Below are positions 17,974 to 27,622 of a DNA stretch of 64,000 nucleotides, in pieces. Source of the stretch: Roseibacillus sp. (lineage in GTDB: Bacteria; Verrucomicrobiota; Verrucomicrobiia; Verrucomicrobiales; Akkermansiaceae); assembly GCA_051251855.1 (NCBI GenBank), contig JBPOGI010000002.1, positions 128,001 to 192,000 of the forward strand, read 5' to 3'. The notes beneath the pieces are model-generated. The model was not told where the DNA came from, did not search any database, and was given only the letters and a program-made list of their open reading frames with translations. Within the stretch, counting starts at the first letter, position 1. Every line of letters begins with the position of its first letter. A program made the position numbers and the translations under genes.

Positions 17974-20436
17974 TTAGGCAAGAGTGCCTTCGGTGACGCC
18001 GAGTTTGGAGAGGACGGGGAGAGTTTCGAGGAGTTGGGTAGAGGACTGTTCGCCACGGAGGAAGCTTTGGTATTCGTGGATGAGGTCTTTGGACTCCAGT
18101 TCGTCCTGATCGAGAAGCTCGATGCGGTAGTGGGTGAGGCCGGTGCGGCGGAGCTTGTGGAAGAAGCTGGCTCCGGTTTGGGCGCGTCCGTTGAAGAGGG
18201 TGTTGCGGCAGCCGACGTCGGCGGTGAGACGGTGAAGCTGGCCCACGCGGTCGCGGAGATGGACGGTGTGCTTTTCGCAAGGGTAGCCGCAGTCCTTCTT
18301 GCTGGTTCCTTCGCTGAGGAAGGTGCAAAAGACGCAGTGCTCCATGTGGAAGAGGGGCATGTGTTGGTGCAGGGTGAGTTCGAGCCACTCGGGAGGGGTC
18401 TTTTCTAACAGGTCGAGGACTTGGCTGATATTGAGGTCGTAGGAAACGGTGAGGCGGTCGAGGTTGCCGGCTTCTTTGAGGGTGTGAGCGGTGATGGGGT
18501 TGGAGACGTTGAGGGAGAAGTCGCCGATGCGTAGGAGGTCGTCGCGGTCGCGGAAGAAATCGAGGGCGGCGAGGTTGCGGAGAAGGACGCCGTGGGGATT
18601 CATGCCGGCGATGTGTTTGAGGAAGCCGGTTTCGCCCGCCTTGATGATGCGCGGGGTGGCGAGGATGATTTTGGAGGCGGTGTCGGTGCCGAGGGCGACG
18701 GCGTCTTTGTAGCGACGCGGGTCTTCGAAGTCACAGTAGATGGTGTCGATGTGACAGGCGAGGGCGGCTTCGAGTTGGGGAAGGGTGCGGCAGAGGAGGG
18801 TGAGGGAAGGGGTGGGGCGGTCTTCGGTGCTTTCGTTAGCGAGGCGGAAGTTGGTTTGTGGGGTTGGGACGGGAGTCGAGGGTTGCGTGGTGCTGTTGTT
18901 AGATTGGGCGTCGAGTTGTTCGACGAGGGAGCGGCGCAGGTGGTTGAGTTGAGAGAGGGGGAAGTGGCATTGGCCTTCGAGTTGGTTATCGAGACTGGCG
19001 AGTTCGTAGGCGCTGGTGCCGAGGCGTCCGAGCTTTGCGGTTAGGGTCTCGGTGGTGAGGCCTTGGTTGTTGGCTTCTTCGAGTGGTTGTTCGGATTGGA
19101 CGGAGGCCTTTTCGTGAGAAATGGTGAGTGGGGTGCCGGGGGAACCAGTGACGGTGAGGTGGAGGGGTGACTTTTTCTCGGTGAGCTTTGCCTTTTGCCA
19201 GAACTTGCGAAGGTCGCGTTCGAGGGCAGGGTCGGCGGTTTTGTAGAGGGTGACGCCGGGTCGGATGCGGTCCCAGTTGATGCCGCTGAGTTCACTGTGG
19301 AAGATGATGCGGTCGTCTTGAATGCGCCAAATACTCGCGCCTTGTTCGAGGTCGCGGTTTTCGCCGGCGTCGAAGACGATGCCGTCGCCGGCCTTGAGTG
19401 CAGGGACTTGTTCGGCTGGCGGGGTGTCGAGGCGAATCCAGCCGTTCTGGGCTTCGATGATGGTGCCGAGGAAAGGGCCACGCTTTTTGCCAAAGCGTCC
19501 GTGGGTGAGATAGGGATGGTTGGTGCCGCCGAGCCAGCCGTTGGTGAGGCCGCGTGAGAAGGTCATCTCGAGGGAATACTTATCCTCTGGGGTGACGGCG
19601 GGGAGGGTGCTGATGGGTTCCGCTTGGGCTGCATCGAGGGCTTTGCGATAGACCTTGGTGACGGCGGTGACGTATTCGGGGGACTTGAGCCGGCCTTCGA
19701 TTTTGAAGGATTTGACACCGGCTTTGACGAGGTCGGGGATGAGGTCGACGGCGGCGAGGTCTTGAGGGGAGAGGAGGTAGCGGTGCTCGCCCATTTCCTT
19801 GAGCTCGCCGTCGATGATGAGCTCGTAGGGCATGCGGCAGGCTTGCGCGCATTCGCCACGATTGGCGGAACGCTGGCCAAGGGACTCAGAGGTGAGGCAT
19901 TGACCAGAGTAGGCGACGCATAGGGCCCCGTGGACAAAGACCTCGAGAGGGGTGTGTTCGCTTTTGCCGAACTTTTCGATTTCTTTGACCGAGAGTTCGC
20001 GGGCGAGGACGGCGCGTTCGAGGGGGAGGATGCTTTCGATGAAGCGGAGACCATCGGGAGAGGTGATGGTCATTTGGGTGGAGGCGTGAATCTCGACGTC
20101 GGGGGCGAGTTCGACGGCCATTTTGGCGAGTCCGATGTCTTGAATGATGAAGGCGTCGACCCCGCTTTCTTGTGCGAGGCGGAGCTGGTCGGCAGCGGCT
20201 TCGAGTTCACCAGTGAAGATGAGGGTGTTCATGGTGAGGAAGCCTTTGACCCCGTGCTTGTGGAGAAAGGCCATGAGCTCGGGAAGGTCCTCGTGGGTGA
20301 AGTTGTCAGCGCGCAGGCGGGCATTGAAGGCGGGGAGACCAAAGTAGATGGCGTCCGCACCAGCGGCGATGGCGGCGCGGGCGCAGTCCCAGTTGCCAGC
20401 TGGGGAGAGAAGTTCGGGTGTGAGGTCGGGTTGCAA
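17974..20436 (-). CDS. U32 family protein, long form (RlhA-like)
   Basis: PELLSPAG, GADAIYFG, HASTQM, HGALCVAYSGQC, NRGECAQACR, KIEGR; TTG start. Confidence 0.88.
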   Translation of the reverse strand: MQPDLTPELLSPAGNWDCARAAIAAGADAIYFGLPAFNARLRADNFTHEDLPELMAFLHKHGVKGFLTMNTLIFTGELEAAADQLRLAQESGVDAFIIQDIGLAKMAVELAPDVEIHASTQMTITSPDGLRFIESILPLERAVLARELSVKEIEKFGKSEHTPLEVFVHGALCVAYSGQCLTSESLGQRSANRGECAQACRMPYELIIDGELKEMGEHRYLLSPQDLAAVDLIPDLVKAGVKSFKIEGRLKSPEYVTAVTKVYRKALDAAQAEPISTLPAVTPEDKYSLEMTFSRGLTNGWLGGTNHPYLTHGRFGKKRGPFLGTIIEAQNGWIRLDTPPAEQVPALKAGDGIVFDAGENRDLEQGASIWRIQDDRIIFHSELSGINWDRIRPGVTLYKTADPALERDLRKFWQKAKLTEKKSPLHLTVTGSPGTPLTISHEKASVQSEQPLEEANNQGLTTETLTAKLGRLGTSAYELASLDNQLEGQCHFPLSQLNHLRRSLVEQLDAQSNNSTTQPSTPVPTPQTNFRLANESTEDRPTPSLTLLCRTLPQLEAALACHIDTIYCDFEDPRRYKDAVALGTDTASKIILATPRIIKAGETGFLKHIAGMNPHGVLLRNLAALDFFRDRDDLLRIGDFSLNVSNPITAHTLKEAGNLDRLTVSYDLNISQVLDLLEKTPPEWLELTLHQHMPLFHMEHCVFCTFLSEGTSKKDCGYPCEKHTVHLRDRVGQLHRLTADVGCRNTLFNGRAQTGASFFHKLRRTGLTHYRIELLDQDELESKDLIHEYQSFLRGEQSSTQLLETLPVLSKLGVTEGTLA

Positions 20437-20529
20437 GGTGCGAAACCATAGCCGCGATTGGGGTTTGGGGGAAGACGCGCTGCAAAAAGTTGTCAGAGTG
20501 ATGCAACTTTCGCTGTAGTCTTGGGTTAG

Positions 20530-22020
20530 ATGAGTGTGATGGCGAAGGTTTCTGACAGTTGGACGATTTTCGAGGCAGCGCATTTGCTGAATCGGGCAGG
20601 CTTTGGCGGAAGTCCTGCCGAGATTAAGGAATTTCACGAGCGAGGGCGCCATGGGGCGGTGGATTGGCTATTGGAAGCTCAGGAAAGTGACCCTCCGGCG
20701 AAGCCAGCTTGGGCGGATTCAGAAGAGGGGCCGATGAGGAGGATGATGGGCAATGTGGCTGAGCTGGCAGGTTTGTCGAAAGAGGAGCGAGAGAAGAAGC
20801 GACGTGAGATGCAGCAAGCAATGCAGAAAGAGCGGCGTCAGGATGGCCTCACTTTGATGGCTTGGTGGGTGAATCGCATGAGGACTACGGATGCGCCTTT
20901 GCGGGAAAAGATGACTCTCTTCTGGCACGATCACTTTCCTTCGAGCACGCAGAAGGTGCGATTGCCCAAGTTCATGCTGCAACAGAATGAGTTGTTTCGC
21001 GAAGAGGCTCTGGGGGATTTTGGAAGGCTGACCAAGAAGATTACCAAGGACCCAGCGATGATGATTTATCTCGATTCGGTTCAGTCCAATAAGAGCAAGC
21101 CGAACGAGAACTTCGCGCGTGAGCTGTTAGAATTGTTCACGCTTGGAGAGGGGAATTATACTGAGGACGATGTCAAAGAGGCGGCGCGGGCTTTTACTGG
21201 GCTTCAGTTGAATCGCCGGAATGGAGAGGTGGATTTTGCCCAGCGCAGATGGGATGACGGGGAGAAGGAAATTTTGGGGCAGCGGGGTGCCTTTGATGCG
21301 AAAGGAGTGGTTGATTTGGTGTTGGCGAAGCCTGAGTGCGGCCGTCATGTGGCAGGGAAGATTTGGGAATTTTTTGCCTATGAAAATCCTGAGCCCGAGT
21401 TGGCGGCGCGTTTGGGGAAGGGCTTCTTTAAAGCGGGTTACAAGGTGAAGCCTCTTTTGCGGGAAATCTTTTTGAGTGAGGAGTTCTATTCCTCCCGCGC
21501 GATGCGATCTCAGATTAAGAGCCCGCTCGAGTTTGTGGTGATGATGAATCGTCAATTGGAAGTTGGTCCTTTGCAGGAGCGGGTATTGCTGGCCGTGTTG
21601 CAACAGTTGGGACAAGTGCCTTTTCTACCGCCCAACGTAGCGGGTTGGGATTGGGGGAAGGCGTGGGTGAATACGAATACTTTGCTGACTCGGTATCACT
21701 TTGCCGGTTTGGTGACCGGTGCAGGCGGGGATCCGAAAATGGTTACGGGTGGCAAGGGGGGAGCTTTTCTTGGGAGGAAGCTTCAGGAAGGATTGGCAAA
21801 GCCTGACTTGGAGGTGCTCGTGCCACGGGAGACGAGGGAGGATATTCCGAAGCTGGTTGCGGAGCTTGGCTTCCGGCTTTTTCAAGCGCCTCTCTCGGAG
21901 AAAGACCAAGTGGCTTTCGAGAGTTATGCCAAGGCCAAGAAGGGCGTCGTTTTTACCAATACCGAGGTGGCAGAACTGATGCACCTTATGATGTCGACGC
22001 CCAGTTATCAACTTACCTAA
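20530..22020 (+). CDS. DUF1800 family protein
   Basis: AAHLLNRAGFGG, EKMTLFWHDHF, PNENFARELLELFTLG, PPNVAGW. Confidence 0.9.
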   Translation: MSVMAKVSDSWTIFEAAHLLNRAGFGGSPAEIKEFHERGRHGAVDWLLEAQESDPPAKPAWADSEEGPMRRMMGNVAELAGLSKEEREKKRREMQQAMQKERRQDGLTLMAWWVNRMRTTDAPLREKMTLFWHDHFPSSTQKVRLPKFMLQQNELFREEALGDFGRLTKKITKDPAMMIYLDSVQSNKSKPNENFARELLELFTLGEGNYTEDDVKEAARAFTGLQLNRRNGEVDFAQRRWDDGEKEILGQRGAFDAKGVVDLVLAKPECGRHVAGKIWEFFAYENPEPELAARLGKGFFKAGYKVKPLLREIFLSEEFYSSRAMRSQIKSPLEFVVMMNRQLEVGPLQERVLLAVLQQLGQVPFLPPNVAGWDWGKAWVNTNTLLTRYHFAGLVTGAGGDPKMVTGGKGGAFLGRKLQEGLAKPDLEVLVPRETREDIPKLVAELGFRLFQAPLSEKDQVAFESYAKAKKGVVFTNTEVAELMHLMMSTPSYQLT

Positions 22021-22039
22021 AATCTAGTAGTAAAACAAT

Positions 22040-23356
22040 ATGAGTGACTTTTTCAAAACGCGCCGCGAGTTTCTTCGCACTGGTATCTGGGGGGCTTCAG
22101 CCACCTGGACGATGCCTCTTTTTCTGGAGCGGACCTTTGGTGAAATCGATGCCGCGGCCCGCGACTTGGCGGTGCAAGCAGCGAGCGGTAAGGACGATGA
22201 GATTCTCGTGGTGCTGCAAATGGCAGGGGGAAACGACGGTCTCAATACGGTGGTTCCTTATGCGGATGACGCCTACCAGAAGGCGCGGCCGACTCTAGCC
22301 AAGAAGCCCAAGGACCTAATTAAGTTGAAGGATGGCTTGGGTTTGAATGACAATTTGAAGAGCTTGGGAGGTCTTTATGATGAGGGAGAACTGGCGATTG
22401 TGCAGGGGGTGGGTTATCCCAATCCAAATCGTTCGCACTTTGTGTCCACTTCGGTCTGGGAGACGGCGGACCCGAACAATCGTTCGAACACAGGATGGTT
22501 GGGACGTTACTTTGACAATCAGTGCGAGGGTAGTGACCCTATGGTAGGAGTGAGTCTTCGCAAGACGCAGCCAGAGTCCTTTGGGGCTGAGCGGAACTCG
22601 GGAATTAGTCTTTCGGCACCTGAGTTGTATCGCTGGATTCACGGTGGTGACCAGTTGGCGGAAGCGGAGCAAGTTTTCGCCGGTTTGAATTCACCCGGGA
22701 TGGGGGAGATGAGCGATGTGGCAGCGGGCGACTCGATTAAAGAAGTGGGTGAGATGGGTGGAATCGTAGGAGAAGACAATGCCTCTTATCTCGAGCGAGT
22801 GGCGCTGAGTGCGCAGGTGAGTTCTGATGAGGTGGTGAAGTTGGCGCGCAAGCATAACCCTAAGACCAATTATCCCAGTTCGCAGCTAGGCCAGAGTTTG
22901 AGCTTGGTGGGGCGGATGATTGCGGGTGGGATGCCGACACGGGTTTATTATGTGAATCACGGTGGCTTTGATACTCATCGTCAGCAGGAGGGTCGGCATG
23001 ACCAGTTGCTGTCGCAGATGGATGCGGCTTTGAAGTCTTTCTTTACGGATATGAAGGCGCAGGGAAATTACAAGCGGGTGACGGTGATGACCTTTTCTGA
23101 ATTTGGTCGCCGGGTAGGGCAAAATGCGAGTGGTGGCACGGACCACGGGCAGGGCTCTTGTCTCTTTGTCGCTGGAGGAGGCGTGAAGGGGGGGCTTTAT
23201 GGCGAGTATCCCAGTTTGACGGATTTGAGTCGGGGAGATTTGAAGTTTACGACTGATTTCCGGAAGGTTTATGCGACGCTGTTAGATGATTGGTTGAAAA
23301 CGGATTCGAAGAAGATTCTTGGGAAGCAGTTTGGAGGATTGGGGTTTCTGGGGTAG
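22040..23356 (+). CDS. DUF1501 family protein with Tat signal
   Basis: TRREFL, GGNDGLNTVVP, PNRSHF, GGFDTH, SEFGRR, GTDHG. Confidence 0.9.
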   Translation: MSDFFKTRREFLRTGIWGASATWTMPLFLERTFGEIDAAARDLAVQAASGKDDEILVVLQMAGGNDGLNTVVPYADDAYQKARPTLAKKPKDLIKLKDGLGLNDNLKSLGGLYDEGELAIVQGVGYPNPNRSHFVSTSVWETADPNNRSNTGWLGRYFDNQCEGSDPMVGVSLRKTQPESFGAERNSGISLSAPELYRWIHGGDQLAEAEQVFAGLNSPGMGEMSDVAAGDSIKEVGEMGGIVGEDNASYLERVALSAQVSSDEVVKLARKHNPKTNYPSSQLGQSLSLVGRMIAGGMPTRVYYVNHGGFDTHRQQEGRHDQLLSQMDAALKSFFTDMKAQGNYKRVTVMTFSEFGRRVGQNASGGTDHGQGSCLFVAGGGVKGGLYGEYPSLTDLSRGDLKFTTDFRKVYATLLDDWLKTDSKKILGKQFGGLGFLG

Positions 23357-23420
23357 AGGCCGATAGAGTCATGAGGCTTTGATGTTGGCAGGAGAGCTGA
23401 ATTCGATCAGGCTTCGGGCC

Positions 23421-24425
23421 ATGAAAGTTTTGGAGCTGTCCCAACCTTCGGTGTTGAAGGTTTGTGAGCGAGAAGAGCCTACTCTGGGTGCGGGGGAGAT
23501 TCGTATTTCAGTGCGCGCTTGTGGGATTTGTGGGAGTGACTTGCATGGAATCGATGGCAGCACAGGGCGACGTATTCCGCCGATGGTGATGGGCCATGAG
23601 GCCAGTGGCGTGATTGAGTCGGTGGGTGAAGGGGTAGAGAATTTTGCGGTGGGAGAGCGGGTGACTTTTGATTCTACAGTGTGGTGTGGGGAGTGTGACT
23701 ATTGCCGTGAGGGCCGGGTGAATCTTTGTGATGACAGGCAGGTAGTGGGGGTGTCCTGCGAGGAGTTTCAGCGAGATGGAGCCTTTGCCGAGAAGCTGGT
23801 GGTGCCAGCTCGGATCGTTCATCGCTTGCCGGAGGGGTTGAGTTTTGAGGAGGCCGCTTTTGCGGAGCCTGTAGGGGTCGCGTTGCATGCGGTGTCACGG
23901 GTGAAGGCCGTGAAGGGTAAGAAAGTGGTAGTCGTGGGGGCAGGATTGATTGGTTTGTTAGTGATTCAAGCGTTGAAAAGAGCGGGGGCGGCTCAGGTGG
24001 TAGCAGTGGATTTGTGGGAGGAGCGATTGGCTTTGGCGAAGACTTTGGGGGCTGATGAGGTGGAACTGGCGGGATTTTTTAAGGGTGACGACTTTGATGT
24101 TGCGATGGAAGTGGTGGGAGCGGAGGCGTCGGTGCAGGCTGCGGTTCGTTCGGTGAAAAAAGGGGGGCAGGTAGTCTTGGTGGGGAACTTGTCGCCGGAG
24201 GTTCCGTTTCCGCTGCAAGCTGCGGTGACGCGAGAGTTGGATGTGCTGGGCAGTTGTGCCATTGCGGGCGAGTATCCAGATGCGTTGGAGGCGATTGCGA
24301 GTGGTGAGATTTTGGTGAAGCCGCTCATCTCGGCGAGCTTTCCGCTGGAAGAGGGGGCGCAAGCGTTTGTGGCGGCAGCGGAAAAGGGAGCGCTGAAGGT
24401 GATGGTGAAACCGAATGGAAAGTGA
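23421..24425 (+). CDS. Zinc-dependent sugar-alcohol dehydrogenase
   Basis: CGICGSD, GHE, structural Zn CxxCxxC...C, GAGLIG. Confidence 0.9.
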   Translation: MKVLELSQPSVLKVCEREEPTLGAGEIRISVRACGICGSDLHGIDGSTGRRIPPMVMGHEASGVIESVGEGVENFAVGERVTFDSTVWCGECDYCREGRVNLCDDRQVVGVSCEEFQRDGAFAEKLVVPARIVHRLPEGLSFEEAAFAEPVGVALHAVSRVKAVKGKKVVVVGAGLIGLLVIQALKRAGAAQVVAVDLWEERLALAKTLGADEVELAGFFKGDDFDVAMEVVGAEASVQAAVRSVKKGGQVVLVGNLSPEVPFPLQAAVTRELDVLGSCAIAGEYPDALEAIASGEILVKPLISASFPLEEGAQAFVAAAEKGALKVMVKPNGK

Positions 24426-25211
24426 ATGATGAGTGATTTTAATCTAACTGGAAAAGTGGCTTTGGTCACGGGTGCGAGTCGTGGATTGGGGAAGGGCTTT
24501 GCGTTGGCATTGGCGAGAGCGGGAGCTGATGTGGTGGTGACGAGTCGCGACCTCACCGCTTTGGTAGAGACCGTTGTAGAAGTGGAAGCGCTGGGAAGGA
24601 AGGCGTGGCCGGTAGCGCTGGATGTGCGTGAGCAGGGAAGTATTGAAAAGTGTGTGGCGGAAGCTTGGGAAGTGAGTGGTGGCATTGATATCCTCGTGAA
24701 CAATGCAGGATGTAATGTGAGGAAGCCGGCCTTGGAAGTGACGTGGGAGGATTGGAATCTGATTCTGGAGACAAATTTGCGTGGGGTGTTTTTTGTAGCG
24801 CAGGCTTGTGCGCGACGGATGGTGGAGCGGAAGTATGGGCGTGTGATCAATATTGGTTCGGTGACGTCGGTGAATGGTTATGCCGGGTTGGCTCCGTATG
24901 GGGCGAGCCGTGGGGGGACCAAGCAGTTGACGATGAGTTTGGCTGATGATTGGGGGCCGCATGGCATTACGGTAAATTGTCTCGCGCCGGGTTGGTTTAA
25001 GACGGCGCAGAATGCGGTGATGTATGAAGATGAGGGCTGGGTGGAGTATCTGACGGACCGGATTCCACTGAAGAGACCAGGCGCGCCGGGGGATTTGGAT
25101 GGGGCGCTCGTTTTTCTAGCGAGCGATGCCAGTGCGTATATGACGGGGCAGACTTTATTGATTGATGGCGGGATTTCGGTGGGGGCGGTGAAGGCGGTGC
25201 CGAAGAAATGA
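24426..25211 (+). CDS. SDR oxidoreductase (gluconate 5-dehydrogenase/KduD-like)
   Basis: TGASRGLG, NNAG; YGASR in place of YxxxK. Confidence 0.85.
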   Translation: MMSDFNLTGKVALVTGASRGLGKGFALALARAGADVVVTSRDLTALVETVVEVEALGRKAWPVALDVREQGSIEKCVAEAWEVSGGIDILVNNAGCNVRKPALEVTWEDWNLILETNLRGVFFVAQACARRMVERKYGRVINIGSVTSVNGYAGLAPYGASRGGTKQLTMSLADDWGPHGITVNCLAPGWFKTAQNAVMYEDEGWVEYLTDRIPLKRPGAPGDLDGALVFLASDASAYMTGQTLLIDGGISVGAVKAVPKK

Positions 25212-25227
25212 GCTTTTCGAGTGAGGT

Positions 25228-26742
25228 TTGATGGGACAGCTTAGGTTGATGGATGTTCTTTTGTTGAAAAATGCAGCGCTCGCTGGGGGCGAGGGTTTTG
25301 ATACCCAGTTGTTTTTTATTCTCTTTGGAATCTATATTCTGGGGATGGTGATTCTGGGGTGGTGGGTGTCGCGCGGACAGAAATCGGGGGATGACTTTCT
25401 GTTGAGTGGAAGAAGCGTGCCGCTGTTCTTGGTTTTGGGGACGACGGTGGCGACGATGGTGGGGACGGGGTCGAGCATGGGGGCGGTGGGTAAGGCTTAT
25501 ACCAATGGTTGGGCGGGGGCCTTGTTTGCGATTGGAGCAGGGACGGGGTTGTTGTTTTTAGCGCGGTTCTTTGCGGATGCGCGGAAGTATAACTTTATGA
25601 CCTTCTCGGAAGAGGTGTCGTTTTATTATGGAGGAAATCGGTTGATTAAAGGGATTGTGGGGGTAGCGATTTTCTTGGCTTCGGTGGGTTGGTTAGGTGC
25701 TCATATTATGGGAGGGAGCCTCTATCTGAACTGGATTGCGGGAATCGAGATGACGACTTGTAAAATCATCGTGGCCTCAGCTTTTACGATTTATGTGATT
25801 ATTGGGGGGTATACGGCCGTGATTTGGACCGATACCGTTCAGGCGGTGGTGCTTTTCGTGGGGTTCCTGATCATGGCCTTTGCGTGCTTGGGCCGGATTG
25901 ATGTCATGAACGATTCGAGCGCTTTGTTTGATGGCAAGTATTTTGCCTTTCTGGGCACGGGTGAGCTGATGGCGTCGCTGACGGTGGCGGTGAGCGTGTT
26001 TATCAGCACTGCGACGGTGCCGTCATTTCGGCAGCGGATCTACTCTTCCAAGGATGCGGGGACGGTGCGGAAGAGTTACTATTGGTCGGCAGGTTTGTAT
26101 TTGTTGTTTGCGCTTATTCCGGTGGTGATTGGAATTACCGCTTCGCAGTTGATTCCAGGGTTGGTGAATCAAGATCAGGCGTTTCCGGAGCTGTTGGTTA
26201 TGATTCTGCCGACGGGATTAGCGGTGATTGTTTTGATTGCGGGACTGAGCGCGGTGATTTCGTCAGCGAGCTCGGATGCCATTGCTGGAACCTCGATTCT
26301 TTTGCGGGACGTCTATATTCTCTTCACTGGAAAGATGCCGCCGAAGGAGAGGGTGATGATTTATTCGCGGGTGGGGGCAGCAGTGACTTCGGTGCTGGCG
26401 GTGATGTTCACGATGTTGTCGGACAATATTTTTGGCTATATCAAGAACATGGTGGGCTTGGTGATTAGCGGACTGTTTGTCTGCTGTGTATTAGGCCGTT
26501 TTTGGAAGAGGAGCACTTGGCAGGGTGGAGTGGCGTCGTTGGTGACCGGGACGGCGGTCGCGGTGGTTGTTTTTTTGATGCCGAGTTGGAATGAGTTCTT
26601 TGGGGGGGTCACTATTCCCGCTGTTTTCGCTTCCTTGGTGGCGGGAGTGACCGTGAGCCTGCTGACCCCGCCGTGCAAGATTACGGATGAAGAGGCGCTG
26701 CAGTCTTTAGAGAAAGAGCGGGAAGCCTTTCATGGCAGCTAG
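25228..26742 (+). CDS. Sodium:solute symporter
   Basis: Many TM helices; DFLLSGRS, GGYTAVIWTDTVQ, QRIYSSK. Confidence 0.88.
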   Translation: MMGQLRLMDVLLLKNAALAGGEGFDTQLFFILFGIYILGMVILGWWVSRGQKSGDDFLLSGRSVPLFLVLGTTVATMVGTGSSMGAVGKAYTNGWAGALFAIGAGTGLLFLARFFADARKYNFMTFSEEVSFYYGGNRLIKGIVGVAIFLASVGWLGAHIMGGSLYLNWIAGIEMTTCKIIVASAFTIYVIIGGYTAVIWTDTVQAVVLFVGFLIMAFACLGRIDVMNDSSALFDGKYFAFLGTGELMASLTVAVSVFISTATVPSFRQRIYSSKDAGTVRKSYYWSAGLYLLFALIPVVIGITASQLIPGLVNQDQAFPELLVMILPTGLAVIVLIAGLSAVISSASSDAIAGTSILLRDVYILFTGKMPPKERVMIYSRVGAAVTSVLAVMFTMLSDNIFGYIKNMVGLVISGLFVCCVLGRFWKRSTWQGGVASLVTGTAVAVVVFLMPSWNEFFGGVTIPAVFASLVAGVTVSLLTPPCKITDEEALQSLEKEREAFHGS

Positions 26743-26756
26743 GGGGATAAACGCTC

Positions 26757-27524
26757 TTACTTTTCCAGCGGTTTCAATTCGATGTTTCGAAACCAGACAG
26801 GTTGTCCTTCGGCTTGGAGGGCGATGTGTCCGTGGCTGAGAAGGAGGGGCGCGCCGGCTGCGAGGAGGGCTTTGCTGTCGACGACGCGGCCTTCGGGATC
26901 GAGTTGAGGTTTTTGGTAGCGGAGGACTTCTACACCATTGACGCGGTGGATGACCTCGTCGCTGCCTCGGACTTCGACTTCGATTTGCACCCACTGGTCG
27001 GCGGGGAGGTTCTCGGCGGATGACTTGACGATGTGCTGGGTGGTGAGTTCGCCTTGGTATTCAATGTTGGTGCCGGGGGTGCAGACGTTGCCGGTGGGGC
27101 GGGGGCCTTTGCCTTCGTCGGCGAGGAATTGGAACTCGATGCTGACGGGGAAGCCTTGCTCAAGGGTCATGCTTTGCGGCGGTTGAGAATGAAGCATGAC
27201 GCCGCTGTTGAGGTTCACGTAGTGAGGAGCGTCGGCCATCATCTTGCCTTCGAACTTGTATTCCATGCGCAGGATGTAGTGCGAATAGGCGAGATTGCTG
27301 TAAAGATGGCCGAATTTTTTATCGAAGGAGGGGTATTTGTCGTAGCAGCACTTGAGGATGCCATCTTCGACGCGGAAAGTGTCGTGGGTGTTTTCGCCGA
27401 GGGGGTGTCCGGCGATTTTGGGAGTCCAACCGGTGAGGTCTTTGCCGTTGAAGAGGCTGACCCAGCCTTCTTCGGCGGGAAGGATGGAAGAGAGGCTCAG
27501 AGCGAGAAAGAGGGTGCGAATCAT
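26757..27524 (-). CDS. DUF1080 (3-keto-disaccharide hydrolase-like) protein
   Basis: WVSLFNGKDLTGW, NSGV, GHIALQAEG, FRNIELK. Confidence 0.88.
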   Translation of the reverse strand: MIRTLFLALSLSSILPAEEGWVSLFNGKDLTGWTPKIAGHPLGENTHDTFRVEDGILKCCYDKYPSFDKKFGHLYSNLAYSHYILRMEYKFEGKMMADAPHYVNLNSGVMLHSQPPQSMTLEQGFPVSIEFQFLADEGKGPRPTGNVCTPGTNIEYQGELTTQHIVKSSAENLPADQWVQIEVEVRGSDEVIHRVNGVEVLRYQKPQLDPEGRVVDSKALLAAGAPLLLSHGHIALQAEGQPVWFRNIELKPLEK

Positions 27525-27622
27525 GATTCCTAGATAGATAGCGAAAGCGATGGGAGAGGTAAACCCTTGTAGTTGAGTCGTGACCTTTTGGCTGTTTTCG
27601 CGTATGAGGCCGCTTCCTTTCT

